A DNA stretch of 64,000 nucleotides from the human T2T-CHM13v2.0 reference genome, Homo sapiens. Below the pieces are notes generated by a model that saw nothing but the letters and a program-made list of their open reading frames with translations, did not search any database and was not told the DNA's origin. The stretch lies in the NCBI GenBank assembly GCA_009914755.4, contig CP086569.2, positions 10,176,001 to 10,240,000 on the forward strand, written 5' to 3'. Each line of letters starts with the position of its first letter. The first letter of the stretch is position 1. Below, one piece after another: positions 1 through 19,964 of this stretch. Position numbers and translations under genes: made by a program.

Positions 1-1788
1 AGCATTAGGTATATCTCCTAATGCTATCCCTCCACCTCCCCCTACCCCACAACAGGCCCCAGTGTGTGATGTTCCCCTTCCTGTGTCCATGTGTTCTCAC
101 TGTTCAGTTCCCACCTATGAGTAAGAACATGCAGTGTTTTGTTTTTTGTCCTTGAGATAGTTTGCTGAGAATGATAGTTTCCAGCTTCATCCATGTCCCT
201 ACAAAGGACATGAACTCATCATTTTTCATGGCTGCATAGTATTCCATGGTGTATATGTGCCACATTTTCTTAATCCAGTCTGTCATTGTTGGACATTTGG
301 CTTGGTTCCAAGTCTTTGCTATTATGAATAGTGCCTCAATAAACATACGTGTGCATGTGTCTTTATAGAAGCATGATTTATAATCCTTTGGGTATATACC
401 CAGTAATGGGATAGCTGGGTCAAATGGTATTTCTAGTTCTAGATCCCTGAGGAATCACCACACTGACTTCCACAACTGTTGAACTAGTTTACAGTCCCAC
501 CAACAGTGTAAAAGTGTTCCTATTTCTCCACATCCTCTCCAGCACCTGTTGTTTCCTGACTTTTTAATGATCGCCATTCTAATTGGTGTGTGATGCTATC
601 TCATTGTGGTTTTGATTTGCATTTCTCTGATGGCCAGTGATCATGAGCATTTTTTCATGTGTCTTTTGGCTGCATAAATGTCTTCTTTTGAGAAGTGTCT
701 GTTCATATCCTTCGCCCACTTGTTGATGGGGTGTTTGTTTTTTTCTTGTAAATTTGTTGGAGTTCATTGTAGATTCTGGATATTAGCCCTTTGTCAGATG
801 AGTAGATTAGAAAAATTTTCTCCCATTCCGTAGGTTGCCTGTTCACTCTGATGGTAGTTTCTTTTGGTGTGCAGAAGCTCTTTAGTTTAATTAGATCCCA
901 TTTGTCAATTTTGGCTTTTGTTGCCATTGCTTTTGGTGTTTTAGACATGAACTCCTTGCCCATGTCTATATCCTGAATGGTATGGCCTAGGTTTTCTTCT
1001 AGGGTTTTTATGGTTTTATGTCTAACATTTAAGTCTTTAATCCATATTAAATTAATTTTTTATAAGGTGTAAGGAAGTGATGCAGTTTCAGCTTTCTACA
1101 TATGGCTAGCCAGTTTTCCCAGCACCATTTATTAAGTAGGGAATCCTTTCCCCATTTTTTGTTTTTGTAAAGTTTGTCAAAGAACAAATAGTTGTAGATA
1201 TGCAGCATTATTTCTGAGGGCTCTGATCTGTTCCATTGGTCTATATCTCTGATTGGTACCAGTACCATGCTTTTTTGGTTACTGTAGATTGTAGTATAGT
1301 TTGAAGTCAGGTAGCATGTTGCCTCCAGCTTTGTTCTTTTGGTTTAGGATTGACTTGGCAATGCGGGCTCTTTTTTGGTTCCGTATGAACTTTAAAGTAG
1401 TATTTTCCAATTCTCTTAAGAAATCATTGGTAGCTTGATGGGGATGGCATTGAATCTATAAATTACCTTGGGCAGTATGGCCATTTTCATGATATTGATT
1501 CTTCCTACCCATGAACATGGGATTTTCTTCCATTTGTTTGTATCCTGTTTTATTTCATTGAGCAGTGGTTTGTAGTTCTCCTTGAAGAGGCCCTTCATAT
1601 CACTTGTGAGTTGGATTCCTAGGTATTTTATTCTTTTTGAAGCAATTGCGAATGGGAGTTCACTAATGATTTGGCTCTCTGTTTGTCTGTTATTGGTGTA
1701 TAAGAATGCTTGTGATTTCTGCACATTGATTTTGTATGCTGAGACTTTGGTGAAGCTGCCTATCAGCTTAAGGAGATTTTGGACTGAG
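1..1788 (-). mobile_element. L1 3' fragment (ORF2 C-terminal region), truncated by the window start
   Basis: Minus-strand ORFs 104-346, 579-767, 703-963, 1047-1268 and 1416-1886 translate to successive L1 ORF2 C-terminal segments (e.g. ...[71 protein letters not shown]). They are the reverse complement of 7000-8640 in the full-length L1 downstream. Confidence 0.85.
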
Positions 1789-1960
1789 ACAAAAATACAA
1801 CAAAAATTAGCCAGACGTGGAGGGTTACACAGGAGAATTGCTTTAACCTGGGAGGTAGAGGTTGCAGTGGGATGAGATCGCACCACTGTACTTCAGCCTG
1901 GGTGATATAATAAGACTCCATCCCCCCTCCAAAAAAAAAAAAGAAAAAGAGAAAAAAAAA
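1788..1960 (+). mobile_element. Alu right-arm fragment with A-rich tail
   Basis: ...aaaaatacaacaaaaattagccagacgtggag...ggaggtagaggttgcagtgggatgagatcgcaccactgtacttcagcctgggtga... followed by an A-rich tract at 1925-1960. Confidence 0.8.
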
Positions 1961-3594
1961 GAGTTGTTGATACTCACTTTTTTTCTCAAAATTCTGATCA
2001 CTCCTTAAACCATCCAGATTTCAGTCTGTCCACTCCACTGATCTTGCTTTTGTCAAGGTCATCAGTGACTTCTATATTTCCAATTTAATGGTCACCTATC
2101 ACTCTTAAAGAGTTGGACATCCGTTCTTTGTTTGAACATCTTCTTCCCTTGTCTTTTGTAAAGTCAAGTTTAATTTTGTTTTCTTCCTACCTCACTGACT
2201 TCTCTCATTCTCCTTGACTGGCTCCTACTTAATTCAGCCCCTAAATGTTTGTCCTAGGCTCTCTACTTATTTGTGACATTCACTAGATTCCACCAAACCT
2301 CTGCTTCCAATATGCTGTTTCTTTAACTATATATGCACTATTTTTATTTCCTTCATACTTAGAATTTAACATGGCTGATTAGACATAGTTCGTGGAAAAA
2401 ATATAGTTCTGGATTAGATTGGAAGTTGGCTTCTGATCAGATTTATTCACCTTGAATACTCAGGTTTACAGTGTCTATCTTATAGTCATTAAGTACCAAA
2501 TATAATTTTTAAAGCAGGTTGAATTTATATGAACAGGAACAGAATATGGAAGACAATGGACATCAAGTCTATCAGTTAAGAGTTTGAGGGGGTGGAGCCA
2601 AGGTGGCCGAATAGGAACAGCTCCAGTCTACAGCTCCCAGCATGAGAGATGCAGAAGAAGAGTGATTTCTGCATTTCCAACTGAGGTACCAGGTCCATCT
2701 CACTGGAGAGTGTCGGACAGTGGGTGCAGGAAGTGGGTGCAGCGCAACAAGCATGAGGCATAGCAGGGCGAGTCATCTCCTCACCCGGGAAGAACAAGGG
2801 GTCAGGGAATTCCCTTTCCTACTCAAAGAAAGGGGTGACAGATGGCACCTGGAAAATTGGGTCACTCCTGCCCTAATACTGTGCTTTTCCAATGCTCTTA
2901 GCAAATGGCACACCAGGAGATTATATCCTGTGCCTGGCTTGGAGGGTCCTATGCCCACAGAGCCTCACTCATTGCTAGCACAGCATGCTGAGATCAAATT
3001 GCAAGGCAGCAGCGAGGCTGGAGGAGGCTTGAGTAGGTAAACAAAGCAGCCAGGAAGCTTGAACTGGGTGGAGCTCACCAAAGCTCAAGGAGGCCTTCCT
3101 GCCTCTATAGACTCCACCTCTGGGGCCAGAGCATAGCCAAACAAAAGGCAGCAGAACACTCTGCAGACTTAAATGTCCCTGTCTGACAGCTTTGAAGAGA
3201 GTAGTGGTTCTCCCATCACGCAGCTGGAGGTCTGAGAACAGTAAGGCTGCCTCCTCAAGTGGGTCCCTGACCCCCGAGTAGCCTATCTGGGAGGCACCCC
3301 CCAGTAGGGGCAGACTGACACCTCACACGGCCGGGTACTCCTCTGAGACAAAACTTCCAGAGGAACCATCAGGCAGCAACATTTGCTGCTCACCAATGTC
3401 TGCTGTTCTGCAGCCTGCACTGCTGACACGCAGGAAAACAGGGTCTGCAGAGGACCTCCAGCAAACTCCAACAGACCTGCAGCTGAGGGTCCTGACTGTT
3501 AGAAGGAAAACTAACAAACAGAAAGGACATCCACACCAAAACCCCATCTGTACGTCACCATCATCAAAGACCAAAGGTAGATAAAATCACAAAG

Positions 3595-4451
3595 ATGGGG
3601 AAAAAACAGAGCAGAAAAATTGGAAACTCTAAAAATCAGAGCACCTCTCCTCCTCCAAAGGAATGCAGCTCCTTACCAGCAGCGGAACAAAGCTGGATGC
3701 AGAATGACTTTGACAAGTGGAGAGAAGAAGGCTTCAAACCATCAAAGAACTCTGAGCTAAAGGAGGAAGTTCAAACCCATGGCAAAGAAGTCAAAAACCT
3801 TGAAAAAAAATTAGACAAATGGCTAACTAGAATAACCAATGCAGACAACACCTTAAAGGACCTGAGGGAGCTGAAAACCATGGCATGAGAACTATGTGAC
3901 GAATACACAAGCCTCAGTAGCTGATTCGATCAACTGGAAGAAAGGGTATCAGTGATGGAGATCAAATGAATGAAATGAAGTGAGAAGAGAAATTTAGAGA
4001 AAAAAGAATAAAAAGAAATGAACAAAGCCTCCAAGAAATATGGGACTATGTGAAAAGACCAAATCTACGTCTAATTGGTGTACCTAAAAGTGACGTAGAG
4101 AATGGAACCAGGTTGGAAAACACTCTGCAGGGTATTATCCAGGAGAACTTCCCCAATATGGCAAGGCAGGCCCACATTCAAATTCAAGAAATACAGAGAA
4201 TGCCACAAAGATACTCCTCAAGAAGAGCAACTCCAAGACACATAATTGTCAGATTCACCAAAGTTGAAATGAAGGAAAAAATGTTAAGTGCAGCCAGAGA
4301 GAAAGGTTGGGTTACCCACAAAGGGAAGCCCATCAGACTAAAAGATGATTGCTCACCAGCAACTCTACAAGCCAGAAGAGAGTGGGAGCCAATATTCAAC
4401 ATTCTTAAAGAAAAGAATTTTCAACCCAGAATTTCATATCCAGCCAACTAA
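3595..4451 (+). pseudogene. L1 ORF1 remnant, interrupted by stops
   Basis: MGKKQSRKIGNSKNQSTSPPPKE... stops at 3888 and resumes at 4050 as MKRPNLRLIGVPKSDVENGT...ARREWEPIFNILKEKNFQPRISYPAN, so ORF1 is not continuous. Confidence 0.85.
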
Positions 4452-4672
4452 GCTTCATAAGTGAAGGAGAAATAAAATCCTTTACAGACAAGCAAACGCT
4501 GAGAGATTTTGTCACCACCAGGCCTGCTCTAAAAGAGCCCCTGAAGGAAGCACTAAACACGGAAAGGAACAACCAGTACCAGCCACTGCAAAAACATGCC
4601 AAATTATAAAGACCATCAAGTCTAGGAAGAAACTGCATCAACTAATGAGCAAAATAACCAGCTAACGTCATA

Positions 4673-8588
<3,916 letters not shown>

Positions 8589-10098
8589 ACAATGAGAACA
8601 CATGGACACAGGAAGTGGAACATCACACACTGGGGCCTGTTGTGGGGTAGGGGGAAGTGGAGGGATAGCATTAGGAGATATTCCTAATGCTAGATGACGA
8701 GTTAATGGGTGCAGCACACCAACATGGCACATGTATACGTATGGAACAAACGTGGACATTGTGCACATGTACCCTAAAACTTAAAGTACAATAAAAAAAA
8801 GTTTGAGTGTTGTAACATCTTAATGTAAGTGAACATGTCCTGAATTAGGTATTTCGTGGAAGTGCAAACGTAACAAACAGCAAAAGGCATTCAAAAATAC
8901 TTGAAAGAGTAGGCAAAAGACTGAATATGAGGTTTATAAAACAGAGAATTGTACCTCCCCATGATTTGTGACCCAAATGACTTGGAGGATAAAATGCTGC
9001 TAATCCTGGTAATGAACACATTTCTCTCTAGAGACTGACTGACTCCAAATTTGAAGCCAAATTTACTTTTATGGCCATGCTTAAACTAACATAATAATAT
9101 ATTGGTCTAATTTCTTCTATGAAATCAGATCGAAAAATAAATAATCTTGTATTCAGACTTTCTGTGTGTTCTGTTTTCATCTTAGTACTGTAGCTTAAGA
9201 TCACTTTGTGACTTTTTCTTGTATTTTCCCAAAGGCTATTGCAAAAGCAAGGAAGTTGTGATCTAGTTTTGTGGCAGAACAAGTATGGTCTAGAGGGAAA
9301 ACTGACTTGGAGCAACAGATGTGGTTTTAGACATGTTGAGTTTAAGGTGGTGTCAAGATATTCCATTGAAAATGGAAGTTACAGAACTATGACTGAAGGT
9401 CAGGGAACACTCTGAATGGTGAACGCAGGCTGGAAAGTCATTCAACCATGACATACTGACCTGGAGACACATAGCTAGTGGTATCCTAAATATTTAGGCT
9501 TGGGTTTACATTTTACAACTAGCAGATGACATAATAAAGCCAATCAAAGATGCGAGCAGAAAGGGAAAGAAAACAAGGGAGTGAATAGCCAAGGGACACA
9601 TTTTGCAAGGCTCAGTCAAGTTGACTATACTGAATGTTGTGGAGAGCTGTCAAAGAAAGTAAAGACAGAAGATTTTGTAATGGTAAGGTTGACCTTGAAG
9701 AGTATATTTTCAGTGGAGTAGTAGGGGCAGGATTCTTTTGGAAAATGAAATGAGTGAATAATGATGAAAAGGAGATAAGCAAACAAGAAAAAAGATTAAT
9801 AGCTTTAGGGAGGTGTTTTCAAGGGAAAGTATTTTTTAATAACTTTAATAGCTTATTGCTTTATTCAGTGAAAAATGAGCCTACTGTAAGATTTGAAAAT
9901 ACAAAAAGTACAAAGAAGGACGCAAAAAAAACCATGTGAAATGCAACAATAAAAAAAAAACTACCCTTATTGTTTTGAAAAACATACTTGCAGGTTTCAA
10001 TTAATAGAGCATACAATTCATTGAAAAGAGTATGTTAAATTTTTTTGGAAAATACTTGTTAAACATACAATGTTAATATTGATTAAAATACATTTCTT

Positions 10099-10429
<331 letters not shown>

Positions 10430-13400
10430 TTAGTGAGATGCATGATATTGTTCCTGCCCCCTTCTCATTTACTCTCATTCTCTCTTGTAGACTAGAAAAC
10501 TATTGCTAAATGCCAGAGTGAGACAGCATTCATTATTAATTCAATTTTTACTTTTTTCTCTCTATGGATGGAAGTGTCAAAAAGAGACTTTGTTCCCGTG
10601 AATATGTATATAGGAATGGAAGAATGAATTTTTAAAGCAATTTCACTCAATTCTTTGAATTCTTCATGTATTAAATACCGAAAACTATATACATGACAAC
10701 TGCAAGTCATTCAATTTTGTTGAAACAAGCATTGAAAATTGCTTGACTTAGAAGAGGAGTTACTATTTAGCCTTTAGAAATTGTTCACCTTGTGAAGCCA
10801 ATGCCTTACATTTCTAATCTTAAAAGGTAAACTGAGGCACATTTTTAAAGAGTTTGAGCAAGAAATATTCCATGAATTGTGCAGCTCCAAAGTAGAAGCC
10901 ATTCAGGAGCTCCATCAAGGGAAAACAATGGGGAGAATTTTATAAAACACACACAGAACTAAAGCAGATGGTATTTGATTGGTTACAATTACACAGTTGC
11001 CTCATTTGATCAGTCCCATCGGGAAGTCCTAATTATATAAGTTTGTTAACTGCTTCTAATTGGTTGAGTTTACATTCTTTTTTTTAGATATAAACATTTA
11101 CAAGAAAGAGCTGAAGTTAAGTTTTGCTTATGTTTGCGAATCAAGCAAGGTTGAAGTCACTTCTGAGGCCTGTTGTTTTCTTCTAAGAGATTCTTCAGGT
11201 CTGGTCTCTATGTTAAGTTGTATCAGCCTTAAGGAACCTCTTGTCCTCGATGTGTTTCTTTTTTTGCTTGTTTTTATTTTTGCCTTTTTATTTTAAGATA
11301 AAACTCAGATATGGAAAGCACACAAGTGTATGGTTTTATTTCCACCACACAGATATAAAGCAACAGAATATTGCCTACCAAACTAGTATTCCAATGCAGA
11401 TACCTTGTCCAAATCACCATTCCCTTTAGGCCTTTCACAAAACTGAGAAATTTGTCTGTGTTATTAGGAAGCCACACAGTGGCCAATGAAGAAATGAATA
11501 CCAAAGACAGTTAGACTTAGAAGAAATACATGATGAATCAAGGTCTTGAAGAAGGCCTGAGTGGAAAGAATCAGATAAATTCTACGTCACTGACAAAGGT
11601 TAGTCTTGGAAAAATGAAATTTCTTTTACTGCAAGTCAGAGAAAAGAGAAGAGAGGACAAGTTCATTCAACCTGTCATTTAATAAAGATTTATTAAGGCC
11701 CTATTACTTGACAATAGTGTAGAAAGCACTGGAGAGAGATTTTAAAGAGGAAAATAAACTGTACTTGGGCTCTCCAGTTAGATGGACTTAATTGCTTCAA
11801 AAAAGGAGGAGATGAGGTTGTGGTTTTCAATAAAAGCTGTTTAGGGGATTGTGGATTTGGACATGTGAAGAGTGGGGACAAAATTTCAAAAAGCTACAGT
11901 AGAGAAAACCCTACAGAATCAATACATTTTATTTGCAGGACTCTGGAAAGAGCCAAGTCTACCATTTTGTTTTAAAAGCTAAGCTTGGAATGCTTATATC
12001 AGACACCACAGTGAATCTAATTGTTTCTATTTTTATAATTGGACCTACTGCTGGAGTGATGCCAAAACAAACATACCAAATTAAAGTACAAACACTAATA
12101 AAACATAACAGGAGCAGAATGCTGCAAACTCAACTGCTTATTTAAAAAAAATGATTAGCTTTAAAATGTTAGCATGTCAGAAAACAATTTCCTTTTACTA
12201 ACATCAGTTTTGAAGGTCCACTAATCAAAAATATATAGAATTAGGACAGGCAGTGAATTCAATAAAGTAGACCTTGCAGTAAAATAAAATTTGCTGCAGG
12301 CCCATGCTATTGGAATTAGAAAGGCGTCGTCAATCATATGCCTGCAGATCAGAGGTCTCAGTGAGCCAGTGATAATTCTCATGTTTAGAGTCCCCCTGTT
12401 ATAACATGTCATCTTTTTAAATATCCTATTTGATGCAATATTTAATTGTCTCTTTAAGGGTGATGAAAAAAATACTAGGATGCTTGAACACTTTAAAAAT
12501 AAAAATATCCAAATGAGGCAGGCAGTGGGACTTCTTTTGTGTTTTCCTTTCTTTGAGCAAGACAGCATTTTTCTTTCAGTTCTTTCCTTCTGTTCTCATG
12601 AATTAATCTGCATTTTGTGATTTTAGATCTGTGCAGGGTGGAGTGTGATTACTGAGGTCTTAATCAACATTTAGGCTGACAGATAACGTAGAACCAGCTA
12701 TTATCTTCTGTGCAGAGAGATATGTTTATTGTAAATGCTGTGGGCTCTGAAAAGTTGGGAGACGAGACTTTTGAAATGGATGAGAGTGTCAAAGTGTTGC
12801 TTTAGATCCCTATATAGGTGAAAGAACTGCAAAGATGACTTGTAAAGAAAGAGTTATTTGTGATATATTTGAATGGAAGATAAAAAAGGAAATTATTTTA
12901 CTTCAAATATGATATGTTTTGTAATTATTAACTGAATTATAGAATTTGAATAGGAAGTGATTTCATAAAGCAATCACTCTAGTGATTTCCCAATACTGAT
13001 TTCCAGACAGACACAAGACTGGGATAATATTTTCACTACTCCACGGCAGAATTTAAAAAAAATAAGATATCATTATAGACAGATTTTCAATGAAGCTAGA
13101 TTTGTTACTTGATTTTAATTTAATATTACATTATTTTTATTTGTAGTCTTAAAATACTCTTTCCTCTTTGAGATGACAGATGTATATGGTAGGATGTGTA
13201 AAATGCTCTTGGTTAGATTAAATGAAACAATCATTGTTCTTTTGGAAATTGGAGTAGGGCTAATGTGAAGCTAGACGAGAAAGTAGGCAGCATGTGGTTT
13301 GAGGAACAAGATCTTCTTGTGCCTGAGCTCTTCCTCTATGTACTCAATATCCTTATTTTGCTATCCAGTTTACAATGTCATTTTGTTCCCTACTCCCTTC

Positions 13401-15411
13401 TTTCCCAAATTGAAATCAACTTTGAAAAAGAATCAGCTTTCAGCCATTTATCCAACTCACAGGCAAGGTGAGAGTGCACTGTAGGTGCTAGAAACAAAAA
13501 TCCACTGCTCTCAATTTTATTTTCTCATGTACGTTAATCCCTCTATCTCTACCAGCTCAGTATACATATACAACTGTGATCTAAATTCTTATATTGCTTT
13601 TATAAATTAGAATTTTTCCCATTGTTTAAGCCCCTGCCGCCTACCCCTTCATTACTTTTCTCCACTAAGCATGCTGTACCCACTTCTCTCATTTCTTCCC
13701 ACTGGCTTTTCAGTTCAGTTCAATTTGGTTTTGGTCTCATTCCACTGGAACTACTTTTATCAAGGACAGCATTCCCATCTGTATTATTAAAACCACTGGT
13801 TACTTTACCATTTTCCTCTTACTCAAATTCTCAGCATTATTCTGCACATTAGCAACTCTCTTTTCTTCAAACACAGAACTATGCCAAAATTGTCCTATTC
13901 TAGAGAGTTGGCAGCTGTTTTCTCACTCTTTTGCAATGGTTGCTCTTTCTGATATATCAAATAGGAATTCCTTGGAGAAAGCTTCACTTAGTTCCCAAAA
14001 TCCAATAGTTCTGTCTGTTATACCAACCATCACTACCGTCTGTTACTCTCTTTCAGCATCCCAAAGTTTCCTTCACAGCATTTACAATTGCTTGTGACTT
14101 TTATTTATTATCTGTCTCTCCCTGTACATAAAGCTTAAAGAAGTCAGGGACCATTAACCCCATATTCATTGCTGTACCTCCAGAACCCAGCACAGTGCTT
14201 GTTGCATAGTATTAAATATTCATTGAATATTTATTATTCAGTGAATAATAAATTTAATAATCTCAAATAATAATGAAGATCAATAATAATCTTGAATCTT
14301 AATAAAGATTCATTGAATAATTTGATGGATAGATGAATGCCAAGAATCCCACAATATTTTTTACTAGCCTCAACTTGAAAACTCATTCCAAGACTTTTGC
14401 ATTTTATCTTTGCAATGATTCTTGCATCTGCCTCTTTCTTCCAGTCCTTTCTTCCACTTTCCTTGCCCAGGCCACCATCAGCTATTAGTTGAACCACTTA
14501 ATAAAACTCATAACTCACCTTCTGTTTCTCTTGCTGATCTTCAACCCATCCTATATATTGCAGTTAGTCTTATAACCTTCGTGAAACTCAGATCTTATTT
14601 TCCTATGAAAAAACAATAACAAAAAAAACTTGCCTTTATGTAGACAGTTTGTTCTAAACTTTCTTTCCTGGCATTTATGCTCCTTGAAGATCTGTCTTTA
14701 ACTGACACCAGCTCTAAGTTGTCATAATGTATTTGCCTAGCTCTTTTTTTGTGTGTACTTCTCTTTTGACACTTTTAGGACTCAATGTTGTGTTATTACA
14801 ACATTTAATAGAATGAGAACATGTTGAAAGCAGATACATGGTATGTTTTCTAATCTCAGCACTTACCACAGTTTTTGATACACACAACTCTATAAATATT
14901 TGCTGAATAAATCATTGTGTGACCCTCTTCTTGAAGTTCTATGTTCAATATCAAAGAGAATATAGAATATAAAAATGATTAACTGCAAACCCTATATAGT
15001 GTTTGGTGTAACTAAAAATACTGAATTCTGTACATTTTGTTTAAGGCAATGGATATGACTTAATAGCTGTGTTACAGTTAAATATTGGTGTGCAACTGAT
15101 GCCTGCAGTTTCCTGAGCCAAAAGAGAAAAAATCTTGTCCTTAGATATTTTTCAACTGAAAAGTCCTCCAATTAATTAGAAGACCCTTAGCAAAAAACCT
15201 GTTGATGCATGTTGCCTTTTCCCCAGAAAGATCTGCAAGATATGAAGAGAACAATAGCCTCAGGCAGTACACTCAGAAGATGAAAGTGTATAATGTGAAA
15301 AAACACACTGAGTATTTCTAGCACAGGCTGACTGCCTGCAGGTCCTGATATTTACCCTCAAGCATGCTGCTCAGAATTCCATTATAGAGGAATTAAAGTG
15401 GCCAAGCATAT

Positions 15412-15462
15412 ATGTATGTGTGTGTGTCTGTGTGTGTGTGTATGAGCGATGGAGTTTCACTC

Positions 15463-15516
<54 letters not shown>

Positions 15517-15608
15517 CCACATATATACATTTATGTATACACACACATATATACATATATGTGTGTGTATGTATATATATATGAGTGAAACTCCATCTCT
15601 CTCACACA

Positions 15609-15646
<38 letters not shown>

Positions 15647-15652
15647 ACTGTT
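15412..15652. repeat. Compound (TG)n/(TA)n/(CA)n microsatellite
   Basis: gtgtgtgtctgtgtgtgtgtgtatg ... (at)n ~56 bp ... acacacacccacatatatacat ... (gt)n at 15610-15645. Confidence 0.95.
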
Positions 15653-15820
15653 CCAGTTATATTTGTTAACATTTAGAAGAGGGTTGACATGATGTGCATA
15701 ATTTTAATCAATCCTGGTGTTGTCTCTGAGTAAACAAAGTGCATGACTGATATTTGAGATACTTCATGCCTTATCTCTGGATATCTACTTATGTTCTATT
15801 TTCATTTGTTTGTTTGTTTG

Positions 15821-16286
<466 letters not shown>

Positions 16287-16770
16287 CTTCTGTTTTCATC
16301 TTATACCATGACTGGTTCATCTTCCAGCTATGCTCCAGTCACCCTGAATTATCTTATAGTCACTTGATTCCAATAATGCACAAGCTTTTTTGTCTCCAGG
16401 CTCTGACACAGGCTGTTTCCTCTGTTTGGACTCCCCTTCCCTTCTTTTCTGCCTAAAATATTTCTACTCATTCTCCTATATCCAGAGCTCTTGATGCACA
16501 TTCTGAGTTAGTAAGCAAAATATATATGTATGTTCTATAAATGTTTATTGAAAGAATTATCATAAATTTCATCATTTTTAAAAAGGGTCTGTGACCCCAT
16601 AAATATTAAGATTCATTTATTTCTGCCTGTAATCAAATGTGACACAGTGAAGGCATACACAGACCTCCTCATTTCCCACTGCCCGAAACAAGTTATCTGT
16701 CACAGATATTCTGTCCCTTTTCTCAGTTTTTATAGCACACTTTACATATTACTCTCCTTTTTTTTGTTTG

Positions 16771-17070
16771 TTTTTTTTTTTTTTTTGAGACAGAGTCTTG
16801 TTCTTTTGCCTAGGCCAGAGTGCAGTGGCGTGTTCTTGGCTCACTGCAAACTCTGCCTCCTGAGTTCAAGCAGTTCTCCTGCCTCAGCCTCCCTGGTAGC
16901 TGGGAGGCTCCCAAGTATTCTCCCAAGTACTCCCACCATGCCTGGCTAATTTTTTGTAGAGATGGGGTTTTACCATGTTAGCCAGGATTGCCCCAATCTC
17001 CTGACCTCATGACCCTCCCGCCTTGCCCTCCCAAAGTGCTGGGGTTATAGGCATGAGCCACTACATGCAG
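16771..17070 (-). mobile_element. Alu, full length
   Basis: tttttttttttttttgagacagagtcttgttcttttgcctaggccagagtgcagtggcg ... ccctcccaaagtgctggggttataggcatgagccac. Confidence 0.85.
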
Positions 17071-17746
17071 ACTAGTATCGCTCGTTTTATACCATTTCTA
17101 CTTGTATCCCTTTGGACTGAGCTATCACTGAAGGCAGGAACAATGTCTTATTCACCTTTGCTCACAGAAATTAGCACAAATGGATTCATTTTAGCTGGGA
17201 GAATGTTGAAGCTTAAGTCAACTTGCCTGGAATTTAAAGGTTTGCATATGCTAAAATTCTGGAGGATACAGTGCTTGCATCTTCTAACTATTACCCATAC
17301 ATTTAAATTTTTGACAGTCATTGCCCTTCTTCAGGTTACAATGTGAATACCAAGAAATACAACATTTCTCCTTAATAAAATATGACAACCTTGAGCTGTG
17401 ATAGTCTGACACAAACACAATCAGTGTGGTGCTATCTTCTTCTCCAATATAATTTCTTCCAATTATTTTAATTATATGAGTTATAGAAATAAAATAAATA
17501 AGTAAAACAAAGGGGAATAAATTGTTGGCAAAATAATTAAAAAGTCTCAGAACTTCAGGATGCTTATTTATAGATTAAAAGGTGAACACCTAGCAAAATA
17601 GATGAAAATAGACTCATGTCAAGATATGTCAATGTAAAATTTGAGAACACTGAGAACAAAGAGAAAATTGTATAAGTTTCCAGAGAGGTAAAAATAGGTC
17701 AGGTACAAAGGATGAGGAATCAGATGATTTAAAGATTGTCAACATT

Positions 17747-18067
<321 letters not shown>

Positions 18068-19964
18068 TCAACACCATCACTATAAACCTGAAGGCAATGG
18101 ATTACAGTTATGCTTTAAAAATTCTAAAAGAAAATAATTTCTGACATATGTTTTTGTTTCCACATAGACTAAAATCAAATATACAAGTAGAAAACATACA
18201 TTTTTCAGACATATGACAACTGTAAAATTTTGTCTCCCTGTGAAGCTTTTCTCAGGAAACTGCTAGAGATTTTTTTCCTACCAAAAGGAAGAAGTAAACC
18301 AAGACAGATAAATATGTGAAATGCAGAAAATAAGAGACAGAACAAAAGAGAGAGATAAATTCGTAAAAGGGTAATGAATGAAATTCCTAGGATGAGACAA
18401 TTGAATGAGGCCTAGAGGGCAACCAGTCAGACTGTTGCAGCAGCCTACAAGAGAGTGTTCTTCAAGGTGGGAGCATTTATAGAACAATTCATGTGAATAA
18501 AAGTCTTGATATGAGATTTAAAAAAATTAGTAAAGAATTTTCAATTGAATTAGCACAAGTTAAAATAAAATTAAGTGGAAATTGAGCAACAAAATTATAA
18601 CCACTATTTCTCAGCAATTCATGGTTATCATAATAGAAATTTAAGCGTACTGAGAACTTAATGATACCGAAATTATTACAGATTAAATTTGTGAGTAGCA
18701 GGAAAAGTGATATTACAATAGGAGTTTATAGACAAATGTTTCTATGACAACTTGAAAATTAATGTACTAGATATTTAAATAAAGTATTAGAAAAGAAACA
18801 GCAGCATCAATTCTGAAAAACTAAAGTGAGGGGATAATGATGCAGGGAAAATTAGTAAAACATACAAAGCTAACTTTTGGTTGTTGGAGAAATATAGTAA
18901 ATGGTACAAACCTCAGGCAAGTTTAGATAAAAAGGGAGAAAGCACAAATAAAACTAAGAATTTAAAAGATACATAACTATAGATACAGTATAGATTAAGA
19001 AGCTAATAAGGAAATATTATTAACACTTCATCCTACAAATTTGAAAACTTAGATCAAATAGAGATATTTATAATCTGTCTATATATATAGACATATATAT
19101 AGCTTTCTATATATTTTTTCATATTTAATTTTTTATATTTACATCTTATATTTATATATAATATATAAAGATAAATATAATCTATGTATATAGCTTGGTA
19201 AAATTGATATAAGAAGACATATATAATCTGAATAGTCTCATAAATGTTCAAGGAAATAAAGGATTGTTCCTAGAGATAAAACAACAGGCTCACATTTTTT
19301 CCCCAGGCAGAGCATTTCAATATATATGAAGAATTCTATAAAATAAAAAAGGGAAAATCCTAAACTTATTCTGTGAGGCAAGCAGGACTTTGAAGCCAAC
19401 AAGACATAAACTGAGTAGATAAAAAGATATGAAAACTAAAGTCCATTCTCATTCGTGAAACAAATGGTAAAATCCCAAATGTAACAAGATTTATGTGGGT
19501 TCTTTGAGGGTTAGAAGGAAATTTGCTTCTGCCCGATCCTGCTACTCTAGGACAACCCACACGCAAATTTATGTTTTGAGATTTTCTATAATACCCATGC
19601 AATATGGAACTGGCTTGACAATCTGTGTGATAGCCAGCCTGTGGCCACGACTTCTCAGGGACACAAATTGTTTCTGTTTGCCTCCTTCTTCTGCTCAGCT
19701 CCAAGAGAACTTTGACCAAAGTTCCTTGAGCTTGGAAATAGGAATGGGTGGGTTTACTTCTGTTTCACCATTACTGTGAAGATACGGTCTGGTGGAATCC
19801 AGATCCACTGGGAGAGAGTTGGCTATTAAACTCTTTTCCTGAGTAGTCCCTAGGCCTTGACTAGAGCCTTTCTTGAGATATGAGGCTAATAGTTCCTTCT
19901 TGGTCCACCACTTTTTGATATAATTAATGTTTCTTCCACTGGGAATTTTTAATGGTTTGGGAAG

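Noticed and set aside
15371-15676. ORFs of 61-75 aa overlapping the compound microsatellite, and similar ones at 45014-45350 and 10214-10509
   Set aside because: Translations are YIYIYI or THTHTH dipeptide repeats from (TA)n and (CA)n, not genes.
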